The position numbers and the translations under genes were made by a program. From Legionellales bacterium (lineage in GTDB: Bacteria; Pseudomonadota; Gammaproteobacteria; JAGOUN01), in contig JAIXPZ010000067.1 of assembly GCA_027486005.1 (NCBI GenBank), forward strand, positions 2,119 through 66,118: a DNA stretch of 64,000 nt, read 5' to 3'. Under the pieces are notes generated by a model. That model searched no databases, was not told the DNA's origin, and was given only the letters and a program-made list of their open reading frames with translations. Below, piece after piece: positions 1 through 8,754 of the stretch; within the stretch, counting starts at the first letter, position 1, and each line of letters starts with the position of its first letter.

Positions 1-1523
1 TTACCTTCCTGGTAAACCGGTTTCATTTGCGCTTTAGAGACACCTAAAATCGCTACTTCAGGTGCGTTCACAATAGGCGTAAACCAGGTGCCGCCTATGC
101 CACCTAAACTGGAAATTGTAAAACATCCACCTTGCATATCTTTCGGTAATAATTTTTGCTGGCGCGCTTTTTCACTAATAACCGCCAATTCCTGAGCAAG
201 CTCATAAACACCTTTACGATCAACGTCACGCACCACTGGAACCACTAAACCATCAGGAGTATCCACCGCAACACCAATATTAAAATATTTTTTCAAAATT
301 AATGATTGAACATCAGCAGACAAAGAAGCATTAAACCGTGGAAATTGTTTAAGCGCGGATACCACAGCTTTCATAATAAAGGCTAATGGGGTTAATTTTA
401 TTCCTTTAGCTTCTGACTCAGCTTTATTTTCTTTTCGGAAAGCCTCTAAACCCGTAATATCTGCTTCATCAAATTGCGTCACGTGCGGAACCACAATCCA
501 GTTACGCCCAAGATTCGTTCCAGTTAAGCGTTTAATTTTACTGAGCGCTTGGGTTTCAATTTCGCCAAATTTACTGAAATCTACTGCTGGCATTTCAGGT
601 AATGTGAAGCCGCTTTTTCCGCCACTTTGTGCAATGACTAATTGTTGCTTCACATAAGTTTGGACGTCTTCTTTAAGGATGCGTCCCTTGGGTCCGGTGG
701 CTTTAACTCGCGTAAGATCGACACCGAATTCACTGGCAATTCTGCGCACAATAGGCGTTGCATGTAAGCTTGAATTAATTGCACTGGCTTCTGCTGTTTT
801 GGTTAATTGATTCAGGCCAATTTCATTGGCCTGAATCCCTCGGTCGGCGCCGGGGGACGACGAAGATTGTAGGGGCAGGTCTTGTACCTGCCCTCTTTCC
901 TGGGCGGGCACAAGGCCAGCCCCTACATTGGCCAAATTATTTTTTGTGGGTGTCGCAGGTTCAAGAGGACGAGCGCCACTCGCCCCTACTATTTTAATTG
1001 ATGCAACTTTATTGCCTTCGGAAACTTTATCCCCTACTTTTACAGTAATGCTTTCAATCACACCGGCAAAAGGTGCCGGCACTTCCATGGTGGCTTTATC
1101 ACTTTCTAAAGTAATTAATCCAGCATCTATTTCTACGTTGTCACCGGGTTTAACATTGATTTCAATCACATCGACTTTATCTGCGCCGCCTAAATCAGGA
1201 ACGATGACATCAATGATTTGTATCGAAGGCTGTAGGGGCAGGTCTTGTGCCTGCCCTTTTTCCTCGGCAGGCACAAGAGCAGCGCCTACAGTCTCAACAG
1301 AAGCTACCTTATCGCCTTCAGAAATCTTATCGCCCACTTTAATAAAAAATTCTTTTATCACACCAGCAAACGTTGCAGGTACTTCCATAGTGGCTTTGTC
1401 ACTTTCTAAAGTCACAATACCTTCATCCACCTGTACCTGATCACCTGGCTTAACGTTTATCTCAATAACATCGACACTTTCAGCACCACCAAGATCTGGG
1501 ACAAAGATTTCTTTAATAGCCAT
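1..1523 (-). CDS. aceF: Pyruvate dehydrogenase E2, dihydrolipoyllysine acetyltransferase (3' end runs off window)
   Basis: Not in ORF track (no stop in window). Hand translation from ATG 1523: two lipoyl domains (VPDLGGA...TLESDKATMEVP x2), E3-binding domain (HATPIVRRIASEFGVDL...GPKGRILKEDV), catalytic-domain motifs (GGCFTISSLGGIGGTWFTPIVNAPEVAILGVS); directly downstream of aceE. Confidence 0.97.
   Translation of the reverse strand, partial: MAIKEIFVPDLGGAESVDVIEINVKPGDQVQVDEGIVTLESDKATMEVPATFAGVIKEFFIKVGDKISEGDKVASVETVGAALVPAEEKGQAQDLPLQPSIQIIDVIVPDLGGADKVDVIEINVKPGDNVEIDAGLITLESDKATMEVPAPFAGVIESITVKVGDKVSEGNKVASIKIVGASGARPLEPATPTKNNLANVGAGLVPAQERGQVQDLPLQSSSSPGADRGIQANEIGLNQLTKTAEASAINSSLHATPIVRRIASEFGVDLTRVKATGPKGRILKEDVQTYVKQQLVIAQSGGKSGFTLPEMPAVDFSKFGEIETQALSKIKRLTGTNLGRNWIVVPHVTQFDEADITGLEAFRKENKAESEAKGIKLTPLAFIMKAVVSALKQFPRFNASLSADVQSLILKKYFNIGVAVDTPDGLVVPVVRDVDRKGVYELAQELAVISEKARQQKLLPKDMQGGCFTISSLGGIGGTWFTPIVNAPEVAILGVSKAQMKPVYQEG
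831..862 (-). repeat. CGTC-type palindromic repeat inside aceF linker 2
   Basis: Minus strand CGTCGTCCCCCGGCGCCGACCGAGGGATTCAG (stem TCCCCCGG/CCGAGGGA), overlapping a second palindrome gattcaggccaa-tttca-ttggcctgaatc (809-837). Confidence 0.6.
869..926. repeat. GTAG-REP inverted doublet (REPIN), type A, inside aceF linker 2
   Basis: gtaggggcaggtcttgtacctgccc (869-893) and inverted gggcgggcacaaggccagcccctac (902-926). Confidence 0.9.
967..989 (-). repeat. GTAG-REP type B inside aceF
   Basis: Minus strand GTAGGGGCGAGTGGCGCTCGTCC; near-identical to copies at 18911-18933 and 59176-59198. Confidence 0.9.
1232..1289. repeat. GTAG-REP inverted doublet (REPIN), type A, forming aceF linker 1
   Basis: gtaggggcaggtcttgtgcctgccc (1232-1256) and degenerate inverted cggcaggcacaagagcagcgcctac (1265-1289). 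Confidence 0.88.
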
Positions 1524-1534
1524 GTTTTTTTCTC

Positions 1535-4213
1535 CTAGACCGTAATCGGATGCGGTTTTGTTTCGTCAATCGCATATTTCTTTTTCGCTTCCACCGCTTT
1601 TTCCAAAGGTAATTCACCTCTTTGCACTAAAGCGACAATCGCTGTATAGGCAACATAATGCCTATCTACTTCAAAAAAACTTCGTAAAGCTTCTCGAGTA
1701 TCACTACGACCAAAGCCATCTGTGCCTAAAACATGATAATCTGTTGTTTTCACATACGCGCGAATTTGATCGGGATACGCACGAATATAATCCGTTGCTG
1801 CAATAATCGGCCCTTTCATTTGCTCCAAACATTCTGCAAGATAGCTTTTAGAAGAATAATCGAGCGAAAGCATTTGTTTCCGCGCGATTTTTTCCGCATC
1901 ACGTTTTAATTCATTAAAGCTAGTCACGCTCCACACGTCAGCTGCAACACCAAAATCTTGTTCTAACAAATCTGCAGCGGCTTGGGCTTCACGCAAAATG
2001 GCGCCTGAACTTAATAAAGTAATATTTAGTTTTGCAATAGCGTCGCTTTTACGTAATCGGTACATCCCCTTGATAATGCCTTCTTCTACACCTTCTGGCA
2101 TCGCTGGATGAGCATATTTTTCATTCATCACCATCACATAATAAAAAATATCTTCTTGATCGGCAAACATGCGCTTTAAACCGCTGTGCACAATCACTGC
2201 TAATTCATAACCAAAGGTTGGATCATAGGCGACACAGGTAGGAACGGTAGCCGCCATAACGAGACTATGTCCGTCTTGATGTTGCAAACCTTCACCGTCC
2301 AATGTTGTTCTACCTGCAGTCCCTCCAAAGAGAAACCCACGAGTACGCATATCAGCCGCGGCCCAAATAAAATCACCAATACGCTGAAAACCAAACATGG
2401 AATAATACGTAAAAATCGGAATCATCGGTAAATTATTCACGCTATACGATGTACCCGCTGCAATCCAAGAAGAAATACATCCTGCTTCAGTGATACCTTC
2501 CATTAAAATTTGGCCATTCTTAGCTTCTTTATAGTTGGATAGCTGCGCTTTATCTTCAGACGTATACCGTTGACCAAGATGCGAATAAATACCAACTTGT
2601 CGAAATAATCCTTCCATACCGAAAGTGCGCACTTCATCTGAAAACATTGGAACAACAAATTTTCCTATTTCTTTATCTTTTAATAAAGCAGAAAGAATAC
2701 GCGCCAATGCCATAGTAGAAGATATTTCTCTATCGCCAGAACCATTCAACATCGCATCAAATAAACTTAAAGAGGGGGTAGGTAGCTTAGGCGCTTCATT
2801 AAAACGCGCTGGCAAGTAACCGCCTAAAATTTTTCGACGTGCTTGTAAATATCTGACTTCTTCACTCTCTGGGCCAGGATGATAGTATTCTAAATTTTTA
2901 ATCTGCTCGTCAGTCACGGGTACTGCAAAGCGATCTCTAAATTGTTGTAACTCTTCAAATGACATTTCAAGTTGATTATGCGCAACATTCTTACTTTCAG
3001 CAGGTGCCAATCCGAATCCTTTAATCGCTTGCAGTAACACCACCACTGGACCTTGCGTATGCTTCACCGCTTGATCTAAAGCCGCGTAGACTTTTTTAGG
3101 ATCATGACCTGCACGACCTAATTTTGCTAATTGCTCATCCGTCATATCCGCTACTAATGCTGCAAGCTCAGGGTCTTTATTGAAAAAATGCTCTCTAAAA
3201 TAAGCCGGGCCATGCGCTGTAAAATTCTGTAAATCGCCGTCGACGAATCCATCTAAGGCTTTTTGTAAAACGCCTTTTTTGTCTTTGGCAAATAATATAT
3301 CCCACTCACTACTCCATACAGCTTTCACCACATGCCAGTTGCAGCCTTTAAATAAACCTTCAAATTCTTCAATAATTTTACTATTGCCACGCACTAAACC
3401 ATCTAAGCGTTGCAAATTACAATTAATGACAAAAACTAAGTTATTTAATTCTTCATTGGCTGCCTGACAAAGTGCGGCACGTGATTCGGGCTCATCCATT
3501 TCACCATCACCACAAAAGACCCATACACGACGGCCTTGGGTGTTTTGCAATCCACGATTTTCTAAATATTTTAAAAACCTTGCGCTATAAACCCCTTGCA
3601 TTTGCCCTAAGCCTAAAGAGACGGTAGCAAACTGCCAAAAAGTCGGCATTAGCCATGGATGAGGATAAGAAGAAAGACCTTCACCACCGATTTCTTGACG
3701 AAAATTATCCAAATGCTTTTGGTCTAAACGCCCCTCTAAATAAGCTCTAGCATAGTTGATCTCAGAGGAGTGCCCCTGAAAATACACTAAATCGCCCATT
3801 TGATCGCCCACTCTTCCTTTAAAAAAGTGATTCAATCCGGCTTCATAGACCGTAGAAATTGAGTTGCAAGAAGAAATGTGACCACCTAGTCCTCCAGGTA
3901 CTTTTCGACGCGAACGCGCAACAATCATTACTGAATTCCAACGATTAATCGCTTCAATTTTAGCTTCCATAGCCAAATCACCAGGATGCGCCGCTTGTTG
4001 CTCCGGTGTAAACGAACTACGATAACCCGTACGCAAAGAAGAAGTGGCGACAGGAACTCCAGAAATCGATGCTTTCTGTAAGACTTGATCCAAAATGAAT
4101 TTAGCTCTGTCAGCGCCCTCTCGCTCGATTAACGAGTCTAATGCCGCCAACCACTCTTGTGTTTCCAATTGATCAAAATCATTTCCACGATTATTTATTA
4201 CGTCATTCGTCAT
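1535..4213 (-). CDS. aceE: Pyruvate dehydrogenase E1 (homodimeric type)
   Basis: 892 aa; GGHISS, GLSSYPHPWLMP, TPP motif GDGEMDEPES...NCNLQRLDG, GEGLQHQDG, LGTDGFGRSDTR. Confidence 0.98.
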   Translation of the reverse strand: MTNDVINNRGNDFDQLETQEWLAALDSLIEREGADRAKFILDQVLQKASISGVPVATSSLRTGYRSSFTPEQQAAHPGDLAMEAKIEAINRWNSVMIVARSRRKVPGGLGGHISSCNSISTVYEAGLNHFFKGRVGDQMGDLVYFQGHSSEINYARAYLEGRLDQKHLDNFRQEIGGEGLSSYPHPWLMPTFWQFATVSLGLGQMQGVYSARFLKYLENRGLQNTQGRRVWVFCGDGEMDEPESRAALCQAANEELNNLVFVINCNLQRLDGLVRGNSKIIEEFEGLFKGCNWHVVKAVWSSEWDILFAKDKKGVLQKALDGFVDGDLQNFTAHGPAYFREHFFNKDPELAALVADMTDEQLAKLGRAGHDPKKVYAALDQAVKHTQGPVVVLLQAIKGFGLAPAESKNVAHNQLEMSFEELQQFRDRFAVPVTDEQIKNLEYYHPGPESEEVRYLQARRKILGGYLPARFNEAPKLPTPSLSLFDAMLNGSGDREISSTMALARILSALLKDKEIGKFVVPMFSDEVRTFGMEGLFRQVGIYSHLGQRYTSEDKAQLSNYKEAKNGQILMEGITEAGCISSWIAAGTSYSVNNLPMIPIFTYYSMFGFQRIGDFIWAAADMRTRGFLFGGTAGRTTLDGEGLQHQDGHSLVMAATVPTCVAYDPTFGYELAVIVHSGLKRMFADQEDIFYYVMVMNEKYAHPAMPEGVEEGIIKGMYRLRKSDAIAKLNITLLSSGAILREAQAAADLLEQDFGVAADVWSVTSFNELKRDAEKIARKQMLSLDYSSKSYLAECLEQMKGPIIAATDYIRAYPDQIRAYVKTTDYHVLGTDGFGRSDTREALRSFFEVDRHYVAYTAIVALVQRGELPLEKAVEAKKKYAIDETKPHPITV

Positions 4214-4252
4214 GCAATCACCTGCTACAAAAAAATCAAATTACTCTAAATG

Positions 4253-5113
4253 TTAAAACAAGATTACCAATGCTAATGCTACCAACCAAATAAAGAGTGA
4301 GCGGCAGATAAGATGATAAGCTTCATCAATTTGTGCTACAACAGCCGCGTGTGATGGTTGAGAAACGCTATCGCTCTCAATATCTCCGCCAATCGCTTTA
4401 TGCCCACAGTGATATAAAACTTGGTAGGTTTCCTTGATACCCACTTTAAATGTCCTCTGCCATTCGACAAAAACATCCATAAAGTGGCCTGCCAAACAAA
4501 AACTTAATGCTAATAATCTCGCTGGAATCCAATCTAAAACAAACGTGACATTGCTTGATAGCGTCTTCACTTTATCCATTGTTTCTTCAGACTCATAGAC
4601 TGAAAGCTTTTGCATAAAACGATAAAGAACCGCCCCAACCGGGCCTAATACCGTGAACCAAAATAAAATAGAGAATATTCGCTGCAAAGAAGCGCGGTAC
4701 ATCGCTTTCATTAATATTGACGCAAAAATTTCGCCTTCATGCACGACATCAAAATGCTCTAAAAGTAGCGCTCTAGCACTTTCCATGTTACCCAATTCAA
4801 TTTGTTCATAACACTCGCGTACCTGAGCTTTCAAATGGGTCTTACCTAAACAGTAAACTAATACAATTAAATCAAAAATCCAACTTGCCCAACCAAAACC
4901 AATAAAAGTAGGGCCGGCTAGAAAAACATGCACTACAAGCACCACTGCAAGAACAGGAATAAAGCTTAATGGCAAACTTAAGTAAGCATTTTTTCGCATC
5001 ATTACACTTATTTTTTGAGAATAATGCTCAAACCAGTGATGATCTCGAATCGGATGAATAAAACCTGCCACTCTTTCGACCAATAAGGCCAATAGAATAA
5101 TGATTAATGACAT
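4253..5113 (-). CDS. ampE: AmpE/CobD-like inner membrane protein
   Basis: Hydrophobic; FWFTVLGPVGAVLYR and LDWIPARLLALSFCLAGHF; downstream of ampD. Confidence 0.85.
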   Translation of the reverse strand: MSLIIILLALLVERVAGFIHPIRDHHWFEHYSQKISVMMRKNAYLSLPLSFIPVLAVVLVVHVFLAGPTFIGFGWASWIFDLIVLVYCLGKTHLKAQVRECYEQIELGNMESARALLLEHFDVVHEGEIFASILMKAMYRASLQRIFSILFWFTVLGPVGAVLYRFMQKLSVYESEETMDKVKTLSSNVTFVLDWIPARLLALSFCLAGHFMDVFVEWQRTFKVGIKETYQVLYHCGHKAIGGDIESDSVSQPSHAAVVAQIDEAYHLICRSLFIWLVALALVILF

Positions 5114-5129
5114 TGTGCTTCTCCTATTT

Positions 5130-5699
5130 TTAGGCTCCTATTAGACCATAATACCGCGGCCAATCAAAGAGCGGACCGGGGTCAGTTTTACGACCAGGAG
5201 CAATATCTTCATGGCCCACTATGCTTTTGGCGTGAATATTAGGATAAACCTCCATCAGGCAACGCGTAATTTCAGCCAGCTGCTGGTATTGTATATCTTC
5301 ATAGGGGATATCATCCGTTCCTTCAAGCTCAATTCCAATTGAGAAATCATTGCACGCAGAGCGTCCTTGAAAATCGGATTTGCCCGCATGCCAAGCTCGC
5401 AAATGAAAAGGCACGAACTGTACCACTTCGCCATCGCGCCGAATTAAAAGATGTGCCGAGACTTTTAACCCAGCAATCGTCTCAAAATAAGGATGCTCGG
5501 CTGCTGGCAAACGATCTAAAAACAAATCTTCAATATAACTTTCGCCAAATACACCGGGTGGCAAGCTAATACTATGTATTACCAATAAATCTATTGATCC
5601 CCCCTCTGGCCGCGAATCACAATGTGGAGAAAGTGCTAGCCTGACGGGAGATAAAACCCCGTGTGAAACATCAATTTTAAAAGACATCATGGCATCCAA
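5130..5699 (-). CDS. ampD: 1,6-anhydro-N-acetylmuramyl-L-alanine amidase
   Basis: LLVIHSISLPPG, VSAHLLI, RAWHAG, CNDFSIGIELEG, GHEDIAPGRKTDPG. Confidence 0.96.
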   Translation of the reverse strand: MDAMMSFKIDVSHGVLSPVRLALSPHCDSRPEGGSIDLLVIHSISLPPGVFGESYIEDLFLDRLPAAEHPYFETIAGLKVSAHLLIRRDGEVVQFVPFHLRAWHAGKSDFQGRSACNDFSIGIELEGTDDIPYEDIQYQQLAEITRCLMEVYPNIHAKSIVGHEDIAPGRKTDPGPLFDWPRYYGLIGA

Positions 5700-5841
5700 C
5701 TCATTACATATGAGTAATTATGGCAAATTAGAGCCCACAATAACACCCTAGTGCTGGCTGCTGAATTTAGGATAATATAAAAATATATACCCTATTTATA
5801 GCGAAATCTTAAATTCTTGTGCTATATTACTTACATGATGT

Positions 5842-6147
5842 ATGTTTAGTAAGGTGTCGGAAATTATGTTTTTTAATCCAAAATTGAACGCCGAATTAAA
5901 TAACTTATTTGTTGGATGTGCTTCAAAGGAAATCGTACAAACAGAAATCGCCTCAATTAAAGCTTTAGTGAGTGAATTAAGTCAATTTAAAAACATAGCA
6001 CAAGCGGCTATTTCTGCAGTGACCAGCCTTAAGCCTATGCTAACAAATGCTGTTGCTCAACAATCGCCCATTACCTGGGGGCTATTTCCAAAACCTAGCG
6101 CTTCAGCCAACAACTTAAAAATAACAAGACCCGGCCGCGTAATTTAA
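5842..6147 (+). CDS. Hypothetical small protein
   Basis: 101-aa ORF filling the gap between ampD and the CDF gene; no family recognised; start may be a later ATG. Confidence 0.55.
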   Translation: MFSKVSEIMFFNPKLNAELNNLFVGCASKEIVQTEIASIKALVSELSQFKNIAQAAISAVTSLKPMLTNAVAQQSPITWGLFPKPSASANNLKITRPGRVI

Positions 6148-7040
6148 ACACCACACATTGTCGTGCACATCGTGCCACGCTCAACTTGTATTGTGACATG
6201 ACCAATCTCAAATTCTTTTTGTAAAGACTGCGCCAGTAAGAAAAGCTCATTGTCATCAAAATAACGCGATGGAACAATAAGATGCGCCGTCAATGCTATT
6301 TCTGTCGTACTCAAGCCCCAAACATGAAGGTCATGCACCTCAGTCACATCTGGCCAAGCTTTTAAATATCCAGAAATTCGCTTGATATCAAGTTCATGCG
6401 GCACGCCATCTAACATTAAATGCATAGAACGCTTAAACAAAGACCAGGTGCCAAAAATGATTGTGACAACAATTAATAAACTGACCATAGGATCTAACCA
6501 ATACCATTGGGTGAAATACATAGCAACCGCTACGATTACCACCCCAAGGGAAACAAGCGCATCAAACATTAAATGCAAAAACGCACCTTTGACATTCATA
6601 TCACGTTGGCCATGGCGAAACAGTAACGCTGTCCCCATGTTCAAAAATATCCCTATAATTGCCACTATCACGACGACTTTCTCAGCCACTATATGTGGAT
6701 GTAGTAAATGATCAACCGCACTGACCGCAATCATTACCGCAGTTGCAATCAAAATAACCGCGTTTGAAAAGGCCGCTAAAACAGAGGTTCTTTTATAGCC
6801 ATAACTAAAACGATCACTCGGGCGACGCATTTGCAAATAATTAGCAACCCAAGCAAAAACTAATCCTAAGACATCACCTAAGTTATGTCCAGCATCGGCC
6901 AATAGACTTGAGGAATGTGCATAGAGAGCAAAAAAAGCCTCTAGAAGAGTAAAGCCAAGATTTGCGACAATGGCAATTGCGAACGCACGCCCAATTTTCT
7001 GCGCGGCGGAACTGTGATCGTGGGTGTGACAGTAATTCAT
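6144..7040 (-). CDS. Cation diffusion facilitator (CzcD/ZitB-like Zn/Co/Cd exporter)
   Basis: His-rich N-terminus, LLADAGHNLGD, GAFLHLMFD, VHDLHVW, HVTIQVE. Confidence 0.93.
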   Translation of the reverse strand: MNYCHTHDHSSAAQKIGRAFAIAIVANLGFTLLEAFFALYAHSSSLLADAGHNLGDVLGLVFAWVANYLQMRRPSDRFSYGYKRTSVLAAFSNAVILIATAVMIAVSAVDHLLHPHIVAEKVVVIVAIIGIFLNMGTALLFRHGQRDMNVKGAFLHLMFDALVSLGVVIVAVAMYFTQWYWLDPMVSLLIVVTIIFGTWSLFKRSMHLMLDGVPHELDIKRISGYLKAWPDVTEVHDLHVWGLSTTEIALTAHLIVPSRYFDDNELFLLAQSLQKEFEIGHVTIQVERGTMCTTMCGV

Positions 7041-7088
7041 AAAAACTCACTTGTACTATCATAACCATCAAAAAAATAAGCTCTCTAT

Positions 7089-7113
7089 GAAGGGGCGGCC
7101 AGTTGGCCGCCCT
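7089..7113. terminator. GC-rich hairpin (REP-like) after the porin gene; possible terminator/stabiliser
   Basis: gaaggggcggcca-gt-tggccgccct, 9-bp perfect stem just downstream of the stop at 7128; resembles the GTAG-REPs. Confidence 0.5.
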
Positions 7114-7127
7114 GATCATTCCTAAAC

Positions 7128-8648
7128 CTAAAAGAATAAGTCAAAACGTAATGAAACAGTATTATAACTTTCACCTACCGTATCAGTATTAGCAGAAGAC
7201 TGGCCATTCAAGTTAGCAGTTGAATCATTGCTGTACCCAATGTTGTGCATCACTTCAAAACTCAGCGCAGTATTTCTCCAAATAGCAGTGCTATAAACTA
7301 CACCATAGTTCTTTGCAGGAACACCCAGTGCCAATGACTGCCAGCTTTGACCATATGCTGCAGCGACATAGCTTGGGTGCCATAGTTCAAAGGAGTAAGC
7401 AGCTTCAATATCAAGCGCTTTAGGTTGCGCGCCATGACCATTATAGCTCAAATCATTCGCATCAAACTCTTGAGTAGCTTCGACATATTCAGCAAGCAAA
7501 GTGTAATCTTTGTAGCTAACTTGACCATTAACATCCACACCAGGAATACGTTTCGCTAACTCTTCAGAACCAGAGCTTTGTGAAAAGCCAGAACCTTCAG
7601 AACCATCACCTTGAAGACCAGAAGATTCGGCAATATTGGAGGTAAAGCTTGTCGCTAGTACAGCAGAGTAATCTCCATGAGAAAAATGAATCCCAACATT
7701 GCCACCATACGCTTCAACATCATCATTAGACGCTGGATCACCATCAATCTCTGTTGCTCCTTGATAACCATAAACAGCGGCAAAAGGCGCTAGTTCGGCA
7801 TCTGTAGAATAATAACCAAGATTAACCGCGCGCGTTTGAATACGGCCCAAAGTTTTGGTTGAGGGTGATGAAATCATATAACTCGAGTAACGACCAAATG
7901 GAACGTACATTTGTCCCGCTGAACCATAAAAAGGAGTTGTTGAAAAATCACCAATGGTTAAATAGCCTTGTCCAAGCTGAACTTCTGAATTATTGATTCG
8001 ATTAGCTTCGCCGTCACTGCCTGAATTATAAGTGACCGTCATAAATCCGCTGACCCAACGGTTAGCTTCAATAAATGTATCTAACTCTGCATCGGTTAAG
8101 TCAAAATTCGTTCCTGAGGACGTATTCGCATAAGGAGTCGTATAAACCGATGTGGCTTCTAGTTCACCTGAAAAAATCAATTCAGGCGTCGCACCATAAG
8201 TCTGACCCGCTTGTTCATAGGCGGCAGCTTCTGCTTTACGCAACTTTAACAAAGCCACATCGTTGTTAACCCCGGGGTTATTAACAATTAAGTGAGAACC
8301 GTCATAGCGTGGCTCAACTCCTATATAGGATGACACTAAAACATTGGCCATAGAGACATCACTGACACTCGAGGGATGCATCGTATCAGCTGTTGATGAA
8401 GAAGACACATTAGCGACAGAAACTGGCGTAGATTGTGATGGCGCATGAGACGCTTGACTAAGTTGATTAGACTGATTTTTACTCACCTTAGTTTCTAAGG
8501 CCGCAAGTTGCGCTTGTAACGCCTTAATTTCTTGCTGCACAGTAGACTCTGTTGCTGCTGTTGTACCCGCTAAAGCCATTGAACCACAGCCTAAAACTCC
8601 TGCAGCTGCTAAAATCAAAGTAATCTTCTTTATCATTTTATTCCACAC
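7128..8648 (-). CDS. LbtU-family outer-membrane porin-like protein
   Basis: Signal peptide, N-terminal coiled coil (IKALQAQLAALETKV), GQMYVPFGRYSSYMISSP motif, C-terminal RFDLFF; architecture of Legionellales LbtU/DUF3573 porins. Confidence 0.8.
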   Translation of the reverse strand: MWNKMIKKITLILAAAGVLGCGSMALAGTTAATESTVQQEIKALQAQLAALETKVSKNQSNQLSQASHAPSQSTPVSVANVSSSSTADTMHPSSVSDVSMANVLVSSYIGVEPRYDGSHLIVNNPGVNNDVALLKLRKAEAAAYEQAGQTYGATPELIFSGELEATSVYTTPYANTSSGTNFDLTDAELDTFIEANRWVSGFMTVTYNSGSDGEANRINNSEVQLGQGYLTIGDFSTTPFYGSAGQMYVPFGRYSSYMISSPSTKTLGRIQTRAVNLGYYSTDAELAPFAAVYGYQGATEIDGDPASNDDVEAYGGNVGIHFSHGDYSAVLATSFTSNIAESSGLQGDGSEGSGFSQSSGSEELAKRIPGVDVNGQVSYKDYTLLAEYVEATQEFDANDLSYNGHGAQPKALDIEAAYSFELWHPSYVAAAYGQSWQSLALGVPAKNYGVVYSTAIWRNTALSFEVMHNIGYSNDSTANLNGQSSANTDTVGESYNTVSLRFDLFF

Positions 8649-8754
8649 CTCTTAATAGTAAAACTGAGTAAAGGTAAAAACCAGAAGTGACGCAAACTAG
8701 CAGAATATTTTATAAAAAACAACCGCTAAAAAACTACAACTCGCCACACGTAAC

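Noticed and set aside
779-1440. Plus-strand ORFs 779-997 and 928-1440
   Set aside because: Antisense shadows of aceF, which the ORF track missed because it runs off the window.
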